Counted from the stretch's first letter, positions 10,970 to 20,979 are shown. The stretch is DNA of 64,000 bases from Candidatus Omnitrophota bacterium (GCA_037146775.1 JBAWWL010000007.1:1536-65535), one strand, 5' to 3'. Notes: generated from the sequence alone by a model not told the origin. Made by a program: numbers and translations.

Positions 10970-12145
10970 ATGATTAAATGTTTATTCCTTTTGTCACTTA
11001 TGTGTGTGGCGCATCCTTTGTGTTTTTCGGAAGTGATACGGCTTAAAAATGGCAAAACTATAGAAGCGGATATAATTGATAAAACCGGTAGTTGTGTCAA
11101 AGTAAATATTGCCGGAGTGCCTGTAACTTATTATTTGGAAGATATCGCTGAAATCAAAGGATTGGAAAACGCTGCCCCCAAACAAGCAAAAAACACAGTC
11201 ACCTGCAAGGTAAATAAGAAATTTTACTTAAAAGCTTTGAGTGATGTGTATAACTTGAAATTTTGCATGCCGCTGCCCCAGCAGGATTCGTTATATCAAA
11301 AAATAAGCGATATCGTGGTATATCCGGAGAAGAACGCGTTTATCAAGGCTGATTCGGGAGTAGATATACCGATTTTTTATTTTGGGGCACTTAGCGGGGC
11401 CAATACCGCGATCGTCGGGGTCAACTATACGGTTACGTTTGATGTTGAACCGTCTACGATTGATCGTTCTAAAATTGCCGATACCTATTCCAAGCTTGAT
11501 GCGGAATACACACGTTATATAGGCAGCGAAAGTGACATAGATATTGACGACCCTTTAATCAAAGAAAAAATGCACACCATAACCGATTCTTTGGGCAATC
11601 CCTATGATAAAGCCAAAGCATTATATGATTTTATTACATCGTATATTCATTACGATATGAATCTTGCTATGCAGGTTATGAGCGGCGGGTGGTACGAACC
11701 CGCGAAGCCGATGGATACGCTTCAGAGCGGTAAAGGTATTTGTTATGATATCGCTAAACTTTATGTTGCGCTTGCACGATCTGCGGGAATTCCTTCAAGG
11801 GTTGTCCGGGGTGTCGCGTTCCAACCCCAAGAAGGCGTGAATACGTATGTCGTAAAGATAGGCCATGCCTGGGCAGAGATTTATCTGCCGACATATGGCT
11901 GGCAGAAGGTTGATCCTACCTCGGGCATTGCGGAGAAAGACAGGTTTTTTTGTTTTAATGAGATTTCTCATATTGCGGAGGAATACGGGTTGATGAGTGC
12001 GCGAGAGTTTGGTTCTCTTGAAAAAGGGTGGTCACTGCAATTACGTACGAAAAGCCAGGTAGCCAGGATTCCTCTTCAGGTAGCCGAAGAGATCGAAATA
12101 GAGGTTGTCCCAAATTCGCCCTCAAAAGAAGATAAAAAACCATAA
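10970..12145 (+). CDS. Secreted transglutaminase-like cysteine protease-family protein with N-terminal LKNGKTIEA module
   Basis: Transglutaminase core: GKGICYDIAKLYVALARSAGIPSRVV (Cys) ... GHAWAEIYL (His) ... WQKVDPTSG (Asp). N-terminal VIRLKNGKTIEADIIDKT...IAGVPVTYYLEDI module. Confidence 0.7.
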   Translation: MIKCLFLLSLMCVAHPLCFSEVIRLKNGKTIEADIIDKTGSCVKVNIAGVPVTYYLEDIAEIKGLENAAPKQAKNTVTCKVNKKFYLKALSDVYNLKFCMPLPQQDSLYQKISDIVVYPEKNAFIKADSGVDIPIFYFGALSGANTAIVGVNYTVTFDVEPSTIDRSKIADTYSKLDAEYTRYIGSESDIDIDDPLIKEKMHTITDSLGNPYDKAKALYDFITSYIHYDMNLAMQVMSGGWYEPAKPMDTLQSGKGICYDIAKLYVALARSAGIPSRVVRGVAFQPQEGVNTYVVKIGHAWAEIYLPTYGWQKVDPTSGIAEKDRFFCFNEISHIAEEYGLMSAREFGSLEKGWSLQLRTKSQVARIPLQVAEEIEIEVVPNSPSKEDKKP

Positions 12146-12325
12146 CTACCCGTTTTTAGATCATTTTCGTTGCCATTTCATTCTTCCGTGTTTTTCTAGG
12201 TATAAAACATTACAAATAATTTTATCCGAAACGATAGCCCCGTTATTATATGAAAGATCGGTAATTTTTCTTTCCGCATAACGCCGCCTACTCTTATTTA
12301 TTCCTCAAAATCGAGCCGGGAAAAT

Positions 12326-12357
12326 GCTTACTATTTTCGAGGGGGGGTGGTATAATT
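12326..12357 (+). promoter_or_regulatory. Sigma70-type promoter, extended -10, copy 3 of 3
   Basis: TGCTTACTATTTTCGAGGGGGGGTGGTATAATTAAAAAAAC, about 140 nt upstream of the 12494 ORF. Confidence 0.45.
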
Positions 12358-12493
12358 AAAAAAACATAACACTATGAAGAAAAAACTTTTTTTACTATGT
12401 GTATGGTTTAACTGAATACTTGTCTCTTATGGCATTATTTTTTCTGCCTTTGTTACTGTTTGATTGTGTGAGTTTTAGGCAAAGAGAAGTTGT

Positions 12494-12799
12494 ATGAAAA
12501 AACTAATCTACCTGCTTATAATGACTGTGGTGGTGAACGGCTGCGTGGCTACCACCGCACGAACAAATAAGTTAAGTTTAGGGATGAGCAAAGAGGATGC
12601 GATCAGGGCCATGGGTAATCCTACGTCCGTCAAGGCAAAGGACAGCGAGGAAGTCTTGGAATACATCTTATATCCCACCTGGACTCCGTCAATTTATGAC
12701 AAAAGCCAGCAATTCTGGATAATCTTGCGGGATGGTAAGGTTGTCCAGTACGGTAATGCCGGTGATTTCAATTCCGCCATGCCGGAGGATGGAGAGTAA
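12494..12799 (+). CDS. Putative lipoprotein, hypothetical
   Basis: Signal peptide ending in lipobox-like VVNGC. Confidence 0.45.
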   Translation: MKKLIYLLIMTVVVNGCVATTARTNKLSLGMSKEDAIRAMGNPTSVKAKDSEEVLEYILYPTWTPSIYDKSQQFWIILRDGKVVQYGNAGDFNSAMPEDGE

Positions 12800-12855
12800 A
12801 AATAAATTTGTGAATGAGAATATTGGAGGGGAAAAGGTAAAAAGGAGGCTTAAAA

Positions 12856-13008
12856 ATGTGGTTAAGTGAGGTATTCATTATAATCATTACTTTTGGGGTA
12901 GTTGGCATCCTTATTGATTTGCACATTAACAGTAAAAAAGCACGAAAGGATATTGATGAAATAAAAGGAACTCTTCAAGAAATAAGCAATAAAATTGTTC
13001 CGAAATAA
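12856..13008 (+). CDS. Unlisted 50-aa single-TM small protein (MWLSEVFIIIITFGVVGILIDLH...)
   Basis: AAGGAGG RBS 8 nt upstream of the ATG at 12856. Below the ORF-track length cutoff. The overlapping minus ORF 12862-13128 looks spurious. Confidence 0.35.
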   Translation: MWLSEVFIIIITFGVVGILIDLHINSKKARKDIDEIKGTLQEISNKIVPK

Positions 13009-13213
13009 GAAGAAATAGAATCCAAAAAACCGCAAAAAGCCAACCTCCAAGAGTCTTCTCTGACATGTATCGGCTGGAGTTTTTGTGGTAGATTTTTCGA
13101 TTGATGATGGTATAATCATTAAAGTCAAAAATTAATGATTCAGTATCAACTTTTAATTTTTATTGCATCTATATATTTTTAATATTTGATATTTAATTTT
13201 TGATATTTCTTCC

Positions 13214-13286
13214 GGGCCATTAGCTCAGTTGGTAGAGCAGGACACTCTTAATGTCAAGGTCGTAGGTTCAAATCCTACATGGCCCA
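13214..13286 (+). tRNA. tRNA-Lys (anticodon CTT)
   Basis: Cloverleaf folded by hand: acceptor GGGCCAT/ATGGCCC, D-arm GCTC-AGTTGGTA-GAGC, anticodon loop CTCTTAA, T-arm GTAGG-TTCAAAT-CCTAC, discriminator A. No encoded CCA. Confidence 0.85.
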
Positions 13287-13386
13287 TGTTTTTATTCGAG
13301 ATAGGTAGCAAGTAGCGAGCATAGAGTAGCGAGATAAAAAATCAATAAAATAAGTCGTTTTACTTGCTACGCCTTACTTGCTGGCT

Positions 13387-13812
13387 ATGAAAAAGTACGA
13401 ACTGTTAGAACATACTGCTGATGTACGAGTTCGAGTGCACGGTAAAACGCTAGAGTTATTATTTAAGCATGCCGCAATAGCGCTTTTTGACCTTCTTGTA
13501 AACTATAAACCTAAGAGAAAAAAGACACGGGAAATCAGCCTTGAGGCGGAAACGCTGGAAGAACTTTTTGTTAACTGGCTCAACGAACTTATCTCCATAT
13601 TTTATGCCTACAAATTTTTGCCGTCAGATTATAATATTATTATTGTAGACGCCGAACATCGTAAAACCATGCATGCAAGCGTCAAGGGAGAATTCTTTAA
13701 TCCCTATGATAATAAGAAAATAAATCAGGAGATAAAAGCCGCTACCTATCATAATCTTAAGATAGAGAAAGACAAAAAAGGGTACCGCGCGGAAATTATA
13801 TTTGATGTATGA
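13387..13812 (+). CDS. Archease (RtcB activator)
   Basis: N-terminal YELLEHTADVRVRV archease signature. Lies 1.8 kb upstream of rtcB. The listed start at 13378 is TTG; the ATG at 13387 is preferred. Confidence 0.8.
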   Translation: MKKYELLEHTADVRVRVHGKTLELLFKHAAIALFDLLVNYKPKRKKTREISLEAETLEELFVNWLNELISIFYAYKFLPSDYNIIIVDAEHRKTMHASVKGEFFNPYDNKKINQEIKAATYHNLKIEKDKKGYRAEIIFDV

Positions 13813-14104
13813 GTAGGCATGTATCGGTAGTGTCATAAGATTTATGAAAAAATAAAAGCAAAAACTTTGATTTTTAAGGTTAATTTTATTGTAACCAGGG
13901 GCGAAGGAAACTCTAAGCCCTAAATAAACTTAAAATGAACCAAGCCCAAAACGAGATAAATTAAGACAAAAGCCTTGTATTTTTTAATATTTTGAGTTTG
14001 GGGTTTGATATTTTGGATTTGTTTAGGGTTTAGCGTTTCGGGTTTAGAGTTTGAAAAACAGAAGATAGTTTTGGCAGTAGGTATGTATCAAGGAGGAGGT
14101 GGCT

Positions 14105-15508
14105 ATGAAAAAGCTATATATATTTGTGGTAAGCATTTTTCTCTCCTTATCTGTCCATGCGCAGGAGAATGTCGAGTTAACGGTTTATAACCAGAATTTC
14201 GCGCTCGTCAAGGACCAGAGAACCTTTGAATTCAATAAGGGCGCGAATAAGATCGAATTTAGAGATGTTGCTTCGTTGATTGAGCCAACCTCGGTGCATT
14301 TTGTTTCGCTTACCGCGCCCGAATCCTGTTTCATCTTAGAGCAGAATTATGAATACGATTTAATGAGTTCGGACAAATTACTTTCCAAATATATCGATCA
14401 ACCGATCAAAGTGATTACAAAAGACGAAAAGAACTATGATGGCATACTCGCTAGTTATGACGCGATTAACTTAGTTTTGAATAATGGCGGGGCATTGAGC
14501 ATGATCACAAGAGCCGATAACGTTAAGCAGATAAGTTTTGAAAAAATCCCCGAAGGCCTCATTACTAAACCGACTTTAGTCTGGGAGATTGACAGCAAAA
14601 AGGAAGGAAAACATTTAACCGAAGTATCATATTTGACCGGCGGCGTTAACTGGAATTGTGAATATGTCGCGGTTTTGGACAAGAACGATAAAAACATTTC
14701 TCTTGATGGCTGGGTCAGCGTTGACAATAGAAGCGGCGCAAGCTACAAAAATGCGAAATTAAAGCTTATCGCCGGCGATGTCAAAAGGGTGGCCAATGCT
14801 TCCATGGAAAGGGCAGGTATGATGAAAGCATCGTATGCGTTAGCCGAAAAGGCTGTTCCACAGTTTGAGGAAAAAGCATTCTTTGAGTACCATATGTATA
14901 CATTGCAGCGTAAGGCTACTTTAAAGAATAATCAGACTAAACAGATATCGCTCCTTTCCGCCGCCAATATTCCGATTAAGAAGTTATTTGTTTATGATCC
15001 GGTAGATTATTATGGGTGGAATTGGTATTATTACGATACCCGTCCGGACAATAAAGAGCAGAAAATAAAGGTAAAATTGGAATTGGTGAACAGCAAACAG
15101 AATAATCTTGGGATTCCTTTGCCGAAAGGCAAAGTCAAAGTTTATAAAAAAGATACCGATGAAAGTTTGCAATTTGCCGGAGAAGATCAGATTGACCATA
15201 CGCCAAAAGATGAGACTGTCAGGCTTTATATCGGCGATGCCTTTGACGTGGTGGGTGAACGCAAACAGACCAGCTATCGCACCGGCCATGACTGGGCGGA
15301 AGAAAGCTTTGAGGTTTCATTACGAAATCATAAAGACAGTAATATTGAAGTAATGGTGGTAGAGCATCTTTACCGCTATGCGAACTGGAAAATTATTGAG
15401 AAATCCCACGAGTTTAACAAGAAAAATTCTAATACCGTAGATTTTAAGGTTCCGGTTTCTTCTAATGGTGAAACAAAGGTAACGTATACAGTGAGATATT
15501 GGTGGTAG
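14105..15508 (+). CDS. Secreted DUF4139/DUF4140-family protein (mucoidy-inhibitor MuiA-like), function unknown
   Basis: Signal peptide. N-terminal ELTVYNQNFALVKDQRTFEF pattern characteristic of this family (from memory). Strong AGGAGGAGG RBS before the ATG at 14105. Confidence 0.55.
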   Translation: MKKLYIFVVSIFLSLSVHAQENVELTVYNQNFALVKDQRTFEFNKGANKIEFRDVASLIEPTSVHFVSLTAPESCFILEQNYEYDLMSSDKLLSKYIDQPIKVITKDEKNYDGILASYDAINLVLNNGGALSMITRADNVKQISFEKIPEGLITKPTLVWEIDSKKEGKHLTEVSYLTGGVNWNCEYVAVLDKNDKNISLDGWVSVDNRSGASYKNAKLKLIAGDVKRVANASMERAGMMKASYALAEKAVPQFEEKAFFEYHMYTLQRKATLKNNQTKQISLLSAANIPIKKLFVYDPVDYYGWNWYYYDTRPDNKEQKIKVKLELVNSKQNNLGIPLPKGKVKVYKKDTDESLQFAGEDQIDHTPKDETVRLYIGDAFDVVGERKQTSYRTGHDWAEESFEVSLRNHKDSNIEVMVVEHLYRYANWKIIEKSHEFNKKNSNTVDFKVPVSSNGETKVTYTVRYWW

Positions 15509-15640
15509 GTTTTGCGTTATTAGGTTGATAGGTTATTATGTTGCTATGTGGATAGGTGGATAAGCTAGGTTTTCAAATGTAAACGTCGAACATTGAACAT
15601 CGGACGTTGAGCATTGAACTCTGAACGTTGAACATATCAT

Positions 15641-18613
15641 ATGTGGCAGGGTGAGTTAGAAAAAATCAACGACTATAAATTCAGGATTCCCAGAAGCTAT
15701 AAACCGGGAATGCGCGTGGACGGTATTATTTACGCGAACGAAAAGCTTTTGGTTGATATTAAACGCGATAAAGCGCCGGAGCAGGTGGCAAACGTTGCGT
15801 TTTTACCCGGTATAGTCAAATATTCCTTGGCAATGCCTGATATCCATTGGGGTTACGGTTTTTGTTTAACAAGGGACGCCAAAATATTAACTAATTTTGG
15901 TTTCTATAAAACAATCTGTGATTTTGAAAAAGATTGGTCTACGTGTTATCTCAAGAGCATGGATTTAAATTCGCAGAAACCAACAGAGACCCCCATTCTA
16001 AAATTTATAAAGTTAAAACCAAAAACATTATTTAAAGTAACTACTAAGACAGGTTATGAAATCAAAGCTACAGGAGATCATCCATTCCTGACGCCTTTCG
16101 GTATGAAGCCGATACAGCAATTGACCGCTCAAGATAAAGTAGCACTTTTTCCTTTTCGGGGAATTCAGTACGAACATGCTTCTACCAAAACCATCATTAC
16201 GGAGAAAGATGTTAAAAAAACTTTATTAAGATTGGCAAGGCGGCCAAATACTCCAAAATTCGAAATAATATTAGAGAAAATAAGAATGCGTAAACTTATA
16301 CCATTAACTTATGATCACCCAAGTTTGCCTTATATTTTAAAAATAATGGGTTTTATTTTCGGCGACGGTTCAATGAATTTCATCGGGAAAAAAGGAGATG
16401 GCATAATACATTTTTCGGGCAAGCCCGAAGATTTAGAGAACGTAAGAAAGGATATAGAAAAAATTGGCTATACGCCAAGTCCTATTCATTATCAGAAGTC
16501 AAAACTTGCTATCACTGGTAAAAATTATGATTCCTATTCGTTTGTGGTTAATGCATCTAGTTTGGTGGTTCTTTTGGAGACGTTAGGGGTTCCGCGCGGT
16601 ACGAAGGTGACTCAGTCATATAGGGTCCCCGAATGGATTTTGAAATCACCACTTTGGCAGAAACGTTTATTTTTAGCCTCTCTTTTTGGGTGTGAATTAA
16701 GAATGCCTCATAGACGATTGGGGAGGAGAGGCTATTTTAACGCCCCTGTTTTTCCTATGGCAAAAAGCGAAGAACTCATAAAGAATGGAAAAGAATTTTT
16801 AAATGATCTTGAGCGGCTTTTGAAAGAATTTGGAGTAAGAACAATCGGCATCAACATGAGAAGAAGGCATATTAGTAGAAGGGGGATAGTCACAAGGTCG
16901 TTGGAATTGTTAATTTCTCCGTCGCCGGAAAATCTTTTTAATCTATGGGGCAAGATTGGTTTTGAATATAATCTTAAAAGGTCTTTTGTATCAAATGTGG
17001 CGGTGCATTACCTAAAGTTGAAATTGAGGATATTGAAAGAGAAAGAAGAAGCAGTAAAAATAACTATCCCTAAATTGCTAAAAAATGGGTTAAGTTACCA
17101 AAAGATCGCTCTTCAATTGGCAGGAAATTCTCTAACCAAGAGGTTTATCATAGATATTTGTTGGAAGCTTAATAAAGGTAAAGTGGTTGTGCCGCGAATC
17201 CCTGCGAGTTTTCCTTTTTTTGAGAATCATCTCAGAGAAATTAGGAAAGGGCTTGGTGATAGTGGAATGCTTTGGGACGAAATTAAGACAATAGAAAGTA
17301 TTCCTTCCCAAGATTTTGTCTATGATTTTACCGTATCCCATCCGGATCATAATTTTATCGCAAATAATTTTGTTGTTTCGAACTGCATAGGTGGAGTTGC
17401 GGCAACCGATCCGCAAGATGGCGGCGTAATTTCTCCCGGAGGCGTGGGGTACGATATCAACTGTGGGGTGCGTCTGCTTAGAACCAATCTAAGCGTTGAA
17501 GATCTTAAAACTAAAGTAAATAAAATTGTAGATACTTTGTATAATGATATTCCTTCCGGCGTGGGCTCGACCGGTGAAATTAAGGTTTCTCATCAGGAAG
17601 AGAGGAAGTTACTTCTCGAAGGCGCAAGGTGGGCGGTTTTGCGTGGCTTAGGAGTCAAAGATGACCTGGAGTACTGTGAAGAATACGGAGCAATCGAGGG
17701 TGCGGATCCTGACAGTGTTTCTCGTCGGGCTTACGAGCGAGGCAAGGAGCAGGCCGGGACCTTAGGCAGTGGCAACCATTTTATCGAAGTGCAGGTTATT
17801 GAGGATATATACGATAAAGATGTAGCCCAGGTACTCGGATTAGACATCGGTCAGGTTACGGTGATGATCCATTCTGGTTCGCGCGGGTTGGGCTATCAGG
17901 TCTGTGACGATTATGCCCGGGAAATGATTGGATGTTTATCGAAATATTCTATAAATGTTCCTGATCCCCAATTGGCTTGCGCGCCCGTTAATAGTCCTGA
18001 AGCGAAAAATTATATCGGTGCAATGCGGGCTGCGGCAAATTATGCCTGGGCAAACAGGCAAGTGCTGATGCATTTAACCAGAGAAAGTTTTGGGCGAGTA
18101 TTTTCCAAGAGTTGGCAATCTTTGGGGATGGATTTGATCTATGATGTTGCGCATAATATCGCGAAATTTGAAAAACATATAGTAGATGGTAAAGAAAAGA
18201 TGCTTTGTATCCATCGTAAGGGCGCTACTCGTGCGTTCGGGCCGCAGCATCCGGAACTACCTGCACGATATAAAGCTATCGGCCAGCCGGTTATTATTCC
18301 CGGAGACATGGGCAGGGCATCGTATCTTTTGGTGGGGACCAAAAAAGCCGAAGAGGAAACATTTGCCAGTACTTGTCATGGTGCCGGTAGAGTTGCTTCG
18401 CGGCACCAAGCGTTGAAGACCATCGATTTAAATGATTTATTGCATGAGTTAAAAGCTAAGGGAATAGAGGTTAGGGCAACTAGTAAAAAAACCATTGTCG
18501 AAGAGGCTCCTGCGGTGTATAAGAATGTAGATGACGTGGTGGAGATAGTGCACAAGACAGGCCTGGCAAAGAAAGTCTGCAGGATGCGGCCGGTTTGTGT
18601 GGTGAAAGGCTAA
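15641..18613 (+). CDS. rtcB: RNA-splicing ligase RtcB containing a 507-aa intein
   Basis: N-extein ends MPDIHWGYGF. C-extein resumes CIGGVAATDPQDGGVISPGGVGYDINCGV and continues with RtcB motifs (GSGNHFIEVQ, HSGSRGLG, HRKGATRA, TCHGAGR). Exteins sum to about 483 aa, the normal RtcB size. Confidence 0.85.
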   Translation: MWQGELEKINDYKFRIPRSYKPGMRVDGIIYANEKLLVDIKRDKAPEQVANVAFLPGIVKYSLAMPDIHWGYGFCLTRDAKILTNFGFYKTICDFEKDWSTCYLKSMDLNSQKPTETPILKFIKLKPKTLFKVTTKTGYEIKATGDHPFLTPFGMKPIQQLTAQDKVALFPFRGIQYEHASTKTIITEKDVKKTLLRLARRPNTPKFEIILEKIRMRKLIPLTYDHPSLPYILKIMGFIFGDGSMNFIGKKGDGIIHFSGKPEDLENVRKDIEKIGYTPSPIHYQKSKLAITGKNYDSYSFVVNASSLVVLLETLGVPRGTKVTQSYRVPEWILKSPLWQKRLFLASLFGCELRMPHRRLGRRGYFNAPVFPMAKSEELIKNGKEFLNDLERLLKEFGVRTIGINMRRRHISRRGIVTRSLELLISPSPENLFNLWGKIGFEYNLKRSFVSNVAVHYLKLKLRILKEKEEAVKITIPKLLKNGLSYQKIALQLAGNSLTKRFIIDICWKLNKGKVVVPRIPASFPFFENHLREIRKGLGDSGMLWDEIKTIESIPSQDFVYDFTVSHPDHNFIANNFVVSNCIGGVAATDPQDGGVISPGGVGYDINCGVRLLRTNLSVEDLKTKVNKIVDTLYNDIPSGVGSTGEIKVSHQEERKLLLEGARWAVLRGLGVKDDLEYCEEYGAIEGADPDSVSRRAYERGKEQAGTLGSGNHFIEVQVIEDIYDKDVAQVLGLDIGQVTVMIHSGSRGLGYQVCDDYAREMIGCLSKYSINVPDPQLACAPVNSPEAKNYIGAMRAAANYAWANRQVLMHLTRESFGRVFSKSWQSLGMDLIYDVAHNIAKFEKHIVDGKEKMLCIHRKGATRAFGPQHPELPARYKAIGQPVIIPGDMGRASYLLVGTKKAEEETFASTCHGAGRVASRHQALKTIDLNDLLHELKAKGIEVRATSKKTIVEEAPAVYKNVDDVVEIVHKTGLAKKVCRMRPVCVVKG
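15863..17383 (+). mobile_element. Intein with LAGLIDADG homing endonuclease, inserted in rtcB
   Basis: Starts with Cys (CLTRDAKILT), ends ...FVVSN followed by +1 Cys. Internal LAGLIDADG-type motifs IMGFIFGDGSM and LASLFGCE. 1521 nt, in frame. Confidence 0.75.
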
Positions 18614-18684
18614 CGGTGAACAGGTTGATATGTCGTTAGGTTGTTATGTTGATAGGTTAAAACAATAGGTGGGGAAGGAGAATA

Positions 18685-19956
18685 ATGTTAGACCCGAAAT
18701 TTATAAGAGAAAATCAGGAAGCGGTGAGGCAGGCGTTAAAGAACCGCAACGATAAGTTTGATCTCGATAGTTTTCTGAAGCTTGACGAAGAACGCAGAAA
18801 AATAATGCACGAGATAGAGCAGCTATATGCCGCGCAGAATAAAATTGACGCTGACATGAAAGTATTGCTTAAAGAGAAAAAAGATCCGTCAACAAAAATT
18901 GCGGAAGCAAAGGAGATTAAAAAGCATACCGCGGAAATAGAGAAATCTTTAGCGGCCATTGAGGCACAATTTAAAGACCAGCTGTTGCGCATACCTAACG
19001 TGCCGCATCCGTCAATTCCTCTGGGGCATCCTTCGAATAATAAAATTGTCAAAGAGTGGTCGAGCCCGAAGCAATTTGATTTTAAACCGCTCGATCATAT
19101 CGCAATAGCGGAGCGTCTCGATATCATTGATTTTAAACGTGCCACTAAAATAAGCGGCTCCAACTTTATTCTTTTTAAAGGTATGGGGGCGTTGTTGGAG
19201 CGCGCATTGATTAATTTTATGCTTGATATACACACTACCCAGCATGGTTACAAAGAAATCTGTCCGCCGGTTTTAGTGAATCGAGATTCAATGCGTGCAA
19301 CCGGACAGCTTCCTAAGCTTGAAGAGGATATGTACCGTTTACCGGAAGATGATTTATTCATGATTCCAACCGCGGAGGTGCCGGTAACCAACATACATCG
19401 CGACGAAATATTATTGGAAGAGCAATTGCCCATTTACTATACCGCCTACACGCCTTGTTTCCGTCGCGAGGCAGGTTCGTACGGAAAAGATACCCGTGGT
19501 TTAGTACGGGTACATCAGTTTGATAAGGTTGAGCTGGTGAAGTTCGTAAAGCCGGAGTGTTCTTATGACGAGCTGGAAGCTCTTCTTGGAAATGCGTGCA
19601 AGATTCTTGAGCTTCTGGATATTCCTTATCGCATACTTATGCTGGCTACCGGAGATATTAGTTTTGCCGCGGCCAAATGCTATGACATCGAAATTCATGC
19701 TCCGGGTATAGATAAGTGGCTCGAAGTTTCCAGCTGCTCAAATTTTGAAGATTTTCAGGCTCGGCGCGGCAATATCCGATATCGGGAAAAAGCAACGGGT
19801 AAAATGCGTTTTGTCCACACACTGAACGGTTCCGGCGTTGCCTTGGCCAGGCTTGTTGTCGCCATAATAGAAAATTATCAAAATAAAGACGGTTCCATTA
19901 CCATTCCTGCGAAGCTACGAGAATATATGGGAAACAAAGAAGTAATTGCTGTCTAA
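18685..19956 (+). CDS. serS: Seryl-tRNA synthetase
   Basis: MLDPKFIRENQEAVRQALKNR N-terminal coiled-coil arm. Class II core motifs (FRREAGSYGKDTRGLVRVHQFDKVE, NGSGVALARL). AAGGAG RBS. Confidence 0.9.
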   Translation: MLDPKFIRENQEAVRQALKNRNDKFDLDSFLKLDEERRKIMHEIEQLYAAQNKIDADMKVLLKEKKDPSTKIAEAKEIKKHTAEIEKSLAAIEAQFKDQLLRIPNVPHPSIPLGHPSNNKIVKEWSSPKQFDFKPLDHIAIAERLDIIDFKRATKISGSNFILFKGMGALLERALINFMLDIHTTQHGYKEICPPVLVNRDSMRATGQLPKLEEDMYRLPEDDLFMIPTAEVPVTNIHRDEILLEEQLPIYYTAYTPCFRREAGSYGKDTRGLVRVHQFDKVELVKFVKPECSYDELEALLGNACKILELLDIPYRILMLATGDISFAAAKCYDIEIHAPGIDKWLEVSSCSNFEDFQARRGNIRYREKATGKMRFVHTLNGSGVALARLVVAIIENYQNKDGSITIPAKLREYMGNKEVIAV

Positions 19957-19981
19957 TATTTGATATTTTATATTTAATTTA

Positions 19982-20590
19982 ATGAGGAGAGGGGAGGATA
20001 CGATGGACGAAAAAGGCGCAAAACACAATTATTTTTTTACGTTAATAAAATTTTTCCTGTTTTTAATTATTTTCTGTTTTCTAGTCTCGATAAGTAAGGA
20101 GTTTTTCCGGCATGTGAGGGCGGTAAAGGCGCTTAATATCGATATTCTTTATCTGGCGGTACTTTCTGCTTTCGCTTTTTACGCTTTTGTCGCTGACTTG
20201 AATGATTTTTATAAAAAAATACAGAATTTTTTCTTCCACTCTTCTTTCTTGTCATACCTGGTCCCCTCTTTTCTTGTTTTGGTTGGATTGGGGTATTTTA
20301 TTCTGCCCAGAGTTTTTAACTTAGATATCGATAAAGAAATTTTTGTCTATGTGGGCGGTTTTATTTTCACTTCCCATCTTATTTTTATCGCGCGCGAAAA
20401 CAAAGGTGACACCTTTGCAGCTTTCATACACTATTTATTCAACTTCAGTATTCTTTATATTGTAAACCTTATTTTACTTGGACTATATTTAACATCGGCA
20501 TTCAAAATCAACTTGGGCAAAATCGTCGTTGATGGTCTTTCCGGGGGAGCCCTTTTAATTAAAAATCTTTTTACACAAGTTTTACATTGA
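19982..20590 (+). CDS. Polytopic membrane protein, hypothetical
   Basis: Five to six hydrophobic helices; no motif recognised. Confidence 0.4.
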   Translation: MRRGEDTMDEKGAKHNYFFTLIKFFLFLIIFCFLVSISKEFFRHVRAVKALNIDILYLAVLSAFAFYAFVADLNDFYKKIQNFFFHSSFLSYLVPSFLVLVGLGYFILPRVFNLDIDKEIFVYVGGFIFTSHLIFIARENKGDTFAAFIHYLFNFSILYIVNLILLGLYLTSAFKINLGKIVVDGLSGGALLIKNLFTQVLH

Positions 20591-20919
20591 TGGTTATGTT
20601 GGCTGAATTTCGTGAGTTTGTGGGTAGTAAAGTGTATAAGCAAAAAATAACTGGTTGCATACTAGTGTTATCATTTCTTTCTTTTCTTGTCTTTGCCGCA
20701 GATATTCCTCAGGAGCTGCAAAAGCTTGGTTTCACCGAAAAGAATCTTGTGAGCTACAATAAAGAAGGCTCGGAAGAATTCTTTACCTTCTCTGATCCGG
20801 AAACCATGGGCAAAGGAGACACCGTTACCTTTATCCTTGCGGATGGGAAGGTTGATCAGGTTGTCCGGGGCGAAGAAATAAAATCACTTCAATACAGTAC
20901 TTCCACTCAAAGTAAATAA
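20587..20919 (+). CDS. Hypothetical secreted/membrane-anchored protein
   Basis: Start overlaps the upstream stop. Single N-terminal hydrophobic helix. Confidence 0.35.
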   Translation: MMVMLAEFREFVGSKVYKQKITGCILVLSFLSFLVFAADIPQELQKLGFTEKNLVSYNKEGSEEFFTFSDPETMGKGDTVTFILADGKVDQVVRGEEIKSLQYSTSTQSK

Positions 20920-20979
20920 ATGGCTGCGGTTTTAAGGATGCGAGCTACTTGTTAATTCTACGGAGAAGGTTTAGGCCTC

